Below are positions 60,702 through 64,000 of a DNA stretch of 64,000 bases, piece by piece (the first letter of the stretch is position 1; each line of letters starts with the position of its first letter). The DNA is from Armatimonadota bacterium (GTDB taxonomy: Bacteria; Armatimonadota; Hebobacteria; CAIYQO01), in NCBI GenBank assembly GCA_038248345.1, contig JBBRXO010000003.1, positions 9,361 to 73,360 on the forward strand. The letters are read 5' to 3'. A model generated the notes under the pieces. It had not been told where the DNA came from, made no database searches, and saw nothing but the letters and a program-made list of their open reading frames with translations. The position numbers were made by a program, and so were the translations under genes.

Positions 60702-61717
60702 ATGATTCCCAATCAGTGGTATATCGTCATGGATTCCAGCCAGATAAAGGTGCTCCCGGTGGGAGTCACTCGCATGGGGGAGAAGCTGGTCTGCTGGCGC
60801 AATATCAATGGAGCCGTGGTCTGCCTGCGCGACCAGTGTGTGCATCGCGGCGCGCAGCTATCCATTGGCGCCATCGTTAATCAGCGCCTGCAGTGTCCGT
60901 TCCATGGTCTGGAATATGACTCTTCGGGCAGAGTTACTATCATCCCGGCGAATGGTAAAAATGCTCCTGTGCCTGAGCAGTTCAAGGTTCACTGCTACAC
61001 AACCTTTGAAGCGCACAACTTCATCTGGATATGGTGGGGTGAGAATCCGCCTGCCAAATTGGAACCCCCACGTTTCTTTGACGATATCGATGATGGATTC
61101 CCCTACAGTCAGTTCTGTGATCCCTGGGTGATCCATTATTCCCGCGCGATAGAGAACCAGCTCGATGTGGCGCATCTACCCTTTGTTCATTACGATACCA
61201 TCGGACGGGGAGGACAAACACTGGTAGAGGGCCCGGGGTTGCAATGGACAGAGGACAACATGATGTTTCTGTATGTCTTTAACAAGCGAGATGACGGGAT
61301 TAAACCGCGTAAGCCCAGCGAGGTGCCAGTGCCTGACCCGGATAAAGAGTTCAAGCTGGAGTTCATTTTTCCCAATCTATGGCAGAATTAATCAGCAAGC
61401 AGATGCGCATAGTGCTGGCTTTTGTGCCGGTGGATGATGAGCACACTAGTTTCTACCTTCGCTCCTGCTAGGATGTTACCCGGGTGCCGGTGTTTAGTCA
61501 TATTCTCGCCTGGATCACCCAACAATATAGCCGAAAGATCGCCCACCAGGATCGTCGAGTGGCCAGCACGCAGGAGCCACGCATCTCTGGTCTGCACATT
61601 GGTGAATCCCTCTTTCATGCCGATTGGCCGATCATCGAATATCGACGAAGACGGCAGGAATTGCAGGAGGAAACCCTGCTCGGAGGATTGAAGAAGTCTG
61701 ATATCTTGCATTATTAG
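60702..61717 (+). pseudogene. Disrupted Rieske non-heme iron oxygenase alpha subunit (VanA/KshA-like)
   Basis: CVHRGA..CPFHG and ENQLDVAHLPFVH. After FPNLWQN a 1-nt frameshift (~61389) continues ISKQMRIVLAFVPVDDEHT..LRSC, then in-frame TAG at 61469-61471, then ..HQDRRV..ADWPIIEYRR. Confidence 0.85.
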
Positions 61718-61759
61718 CGATTTGTGATAATATATAGCTGTGAGTCAGTGATTCACTGA

Positions 61760-62695
61760 ATGAATATGATGTTTATGTACAGAAAAATTGCAGTTTTACT
61801 GGCGGTAATGACGTTGGCGATTATATGTCATGCGTCTGATCTGGTGCAGTCGGTGCCATTTGATGCGCCCGCTTATAAGCAGATGCGAACGTTGGCCCAT
61901 GCGGGGATGCTAGCGGACGCGGATAGCGTGCGCCTGCTCGTCAATAGCGACAATCCGTTACGCAAATTAACCAGATATGATTTCGCGCTAGCATTGCTAG
62001 AGCCGATGGAACAGTTGACGGCGCTGGTGGAATGCCAAGATACGTTGCAACCTGCACCAGAATTGCGACGTCGACGTGACCAGGCGTTAGATGTGGCGAA
62101 ACGCCTGAATGGGGATGAATTCAATGCATTGCTGTTGTCGATCACACAACTGAGTAAAGAATTCAACGATACTATCGCGGAGATATCCCCTGCCTTACCG
62201 GCGCGGGCTGATTCCGCATTAACGAAATTAGCAGGGACGAAGTACCGCACGTGGCTTAACCCCGTCACCCCACCTGTTGTAGAAGGTGCATTACCGGTAA
62301 TCCATTTACGGGTAACGCCGACGACTATCGGTGGTGATCCGAGTATGACATCATTGCTTATCAGTCCCAGCCGTGCTGATGATGCTGCGCGTCTGATGTT
62401 CGCGCCCACTCCAGGATTGAGCAATGGAGTGACATCACGCACCCCAATGAATAGCTTTGAGGCGGCGGTGGATGCTACTCTAGGACAATTCAGACTCTAT
62501 GGTATGCTGGGTAGTGCGGCGGGCAATAATATGGCCGTCCCATCAAAAGCGGGTGTCGGTATGGAAATTGGCCTGGGGCGAATCTACGCGTTGGGCATCA
62601 CCGGTATCCTGGAGTACCATATCTCTCGGGGCACTGCACCAGGTATGCAGGATATCAACGCAGGTGCAGTGGGCGGTATCGGGGTTAAGTGGTAG
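61760..62695 (+). CDS. Secreted protein with divergent SLH-like N-terminus (OmpM/S-layer-like)
   Basis: Signal peptide; SVPFDAPAYKQMRTLAHAGML..LTRYDFALAL, LSKEFNDTI; amphipathic C-terminal strands ending GIGVKW. Confidence 0.5.
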   Translation: MNMMFMYRKIAVLLAVMTLAIICHASDLVQSVPFDAPAYKQMRTLAHAGMLADADSVRLLVNSDNPLRKLTRYDFALALLEPMEQLTALVECQDTLQPAPELRRRRDQALDVAKRLNGDEFNALLLSITQLSKEFNDTIAEISPALPARADSALTKLAGTKYRTWLNPVTPPVVEGALPVIHLRVTPTTIGGDPSMTSLLISPSRADDAARLMFAPTPGLSNGVTSRTPMNSFEAAVDATLGQFRLYGMLGSAAGNNMAVPSKAGVGMEIGLGRIYALGITGILEYHISRGTAPGMQDINAGAVGGIGVKW

Positions 62696-62699
62696 CAGC

Positions 62700-63299
62700 T
62701 TATTTGCGAATGCCGCGGTAGACTCGGAATCCGCTCCCTTGTCCTACCTGGGTTACTTCACTCAAATTCCTTGCCATCTCGGCGGCAAATGTTTTGGCGC
62801 CTTGTTTGGTACGCGCCACCAGGTAGAATCTTCCTCCCGGCACCAGATGCGCGGTTGATTCAGCGATAAGTGTAAAGACTAGCGCGTTGCCGGTGCGGAT
62901 AGGTGGGTTTGTCAGTATGACATCGAAGAGTTCCCCCGCTACCGGAGTCAGATTTTCCCCTTGCCGGATCTCGCAATTGTGAACGCCATTTGATTCCAGA
63001 TTTCGTCGTGCGAGGGTTATCGCTCGTTCGTTAGGATCGGTGAGGATAATGTGCGCAGTAGGATTTAGTTTGGCAGCGAGAATGCCGATAACTCCGTAGC
63101 CGCACCCTAGATCGAGCACCTTCTCCGCACCAGCAACATCCATTGCCAGGATCATCTCCCGTGAACCCTTATCGGTATGCCCACGCGAAAAGACACCGTG
63201 GTCGGTCCACATCTTAAATTCAATCCCGCGCAACTCATCGTGGTATATTTCTGGTCTGCTTAACGAGATTGGCGTCTCACTAAAGTAATGATCTGTCAT
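62700..63299 (-). CDS. Class I SAM methyltransferase (RsmC/MTS family)
   Basis: MTDHYFS, GVFS..DKGS, LDLGCGYG, TNPPIR. Confidence 0.88.
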   Translation of the reverse strand: MTDHYFSETPISLSRPEIYHDELRGIEFKMWTDHGVFSRGHTDKGSREMILAMDVAGAEKVLDLGCGYGVIGILAAKLNPTAHIILTDPNERAITLARRNLESNGVHNCEIRQGENLTPVAGELFDVILTNPPIRTGNALVFTLIAESTAHLVPGGRFYLVARTKQGAKTFAAEMARNLSEVTQVGQGSGFRVYRGIRK

Positions 63300-63350
63300 T
63301 AGTTTATTATACGGTATCAGGGTGATAGTTCCAAGAGCGCAGATGGCATT

Positions 63351-64000
63351 TTATCCAAGCTGGGATAAGGCAAGGTAAATGCCGCGCAATACCAGGTGTT
63401 CGTCCACCAACGCCACTCCTTCCAAGTGTGGCGCCAGCAGGTGCGCCCATCCACCATGCAACGCCAGCGGGGCAGAAACCCCCAACTCGTCGCGGATAGC
63501 TCGCACCATCGCATTTAGCCCGCCTACGCTCTGATAGAATAAACCGTTCGATAGCGCTTCCGCGGTGTTACGTGCAATGGCGCGGGTTGGTGGTGCCCAG
63601 TGCCCTGCGGGCAAAGCACTGGCGATATGATGCAATGCATTAGTCGAAGCGGCGATGCCCGGGGCAATGATACCACCCAGATATGCGCCTGAAGTGGAGA
63701 CGGCGTCGACGACTATTGCAGTTCCCAGGCTGATTGAAATAACGGGTAGACCGACATAATGTGCTGCAGCCACTGCTGCCATGAAGCGATCTGCTCCCAG
63801 TGTGTCGGGAGAGAGATACTCATTGCGTAGCGGCGCCGGTGTGAGGCCGTTGATTATGGTGATGGAATAACCCGATTCCACGGCCATTCGACGCCAGGCA
63901 GGAAGTAGTTCTGCAGTAACCGTGGATAATCCCAAAGCTAGTGGGGATGATACATCATTAGCCATGAGCTGCATTGCCAGCACCTCCGCCGTCGCCCCTT
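63351..64000 (-). CDS. coaX: Type III pantothenate kinase (5' end outside the window)
   Basis: LGADR, SLGTA, YLGGIIAPG, IARNT, HLVLRG. Confidence 0.85.
   Translation of the reverse strand, partial: GATAEVLAMQLMANDVSSPLALGLSTVTAELLPAWRRMAVESGYSITIINGLTPAPLRNEYLSPDTLGADRFMAAVAAAHYVGLPVISISLGTAIVVDAVSTSGAYLGGIIAPGIAASTNALHHIASALPAGHWAPPTRAIARNTAEALSNGLFYQSVGGLNAMVRAIRDELGVSAPLALHGGWAHLLAPHLEGVALVDEHLVLRGIYLALSQLG

Noticed and set aside
12888-61471. Stop-codon reassignment (TAA/TAG to Gln or pyrrolysine) to explain four in-frame stops
   Set aside because: TAA and TAG end many intact conserved genes at their expected C-termini (cooC, acsC, iscS, pyrD, hydC), two of the affected genes also carry frameshifts, and no pyl genes are in the window
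218-63514. Numerous antisense and alternate-frame ORFs of 60-220 aa
   Set aside because: Shadow ORFs of well-supported genes, with no motifs or start signals
1-64000. CRISPR array, tRNA/rRNA, integrase, transposase, retron or DGR
   Set aside because: No regularly spaced direct repeats, cloverleaf, reverse transcriptase or recombinase motifs were recognised; the palindromes are dispersed inverted doublets

Overview
Chromosomal window from an anaerobic bacterium, plausibly Armatimonadota or a similar lineage; this is inferred from the DUF1559/H-X9-DG prepilin-type proteins, giant FlgD/NHL secreted proteins and an SLH/OmpM-like protein. (1) 1-11014: Wood-Ljungdahl carbonyl-branch operon with a MetE-core/MesB-like 3' end, cooC, cooS/acsA, a single-chain acsB-acsD fusion whose linker holds a degenerate copy of the AcsD C-terminal helices, acsC, acsV/RACo and a stand-alone homocysteine S-methyltransferase domain. 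No acsE is visible in the window. (2) 50847-56287: hydCBA [FeFe]-hydrogenase operon whose HydB is fused to a GltD/NfnB-like module, behind a long structured leader ending in a terminator. (3) Two head-to-head ~1670-aa secreted paralogues with permuted domain order; one is frameshifted exactly at a perfect 13-bp hairpin. (4) Carbohydrate genes (GH52, SGNH-PA14, CBM9-like, Gfo/Idh/MocA) and housekeeping genes (rplY, iscS-like, ruvB, dinB, recO, pyrKD, der, coaX). At least six accessory genes are broken by nonsense or frameshift lesions while core genes are intact. Four families of REP/REPIN-like palindromes, four apparently leaderless genes and an unannotated 27-aa basic ORF are also present. 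No rRNA, tRNA, CRISPR array or transposase was recognised.
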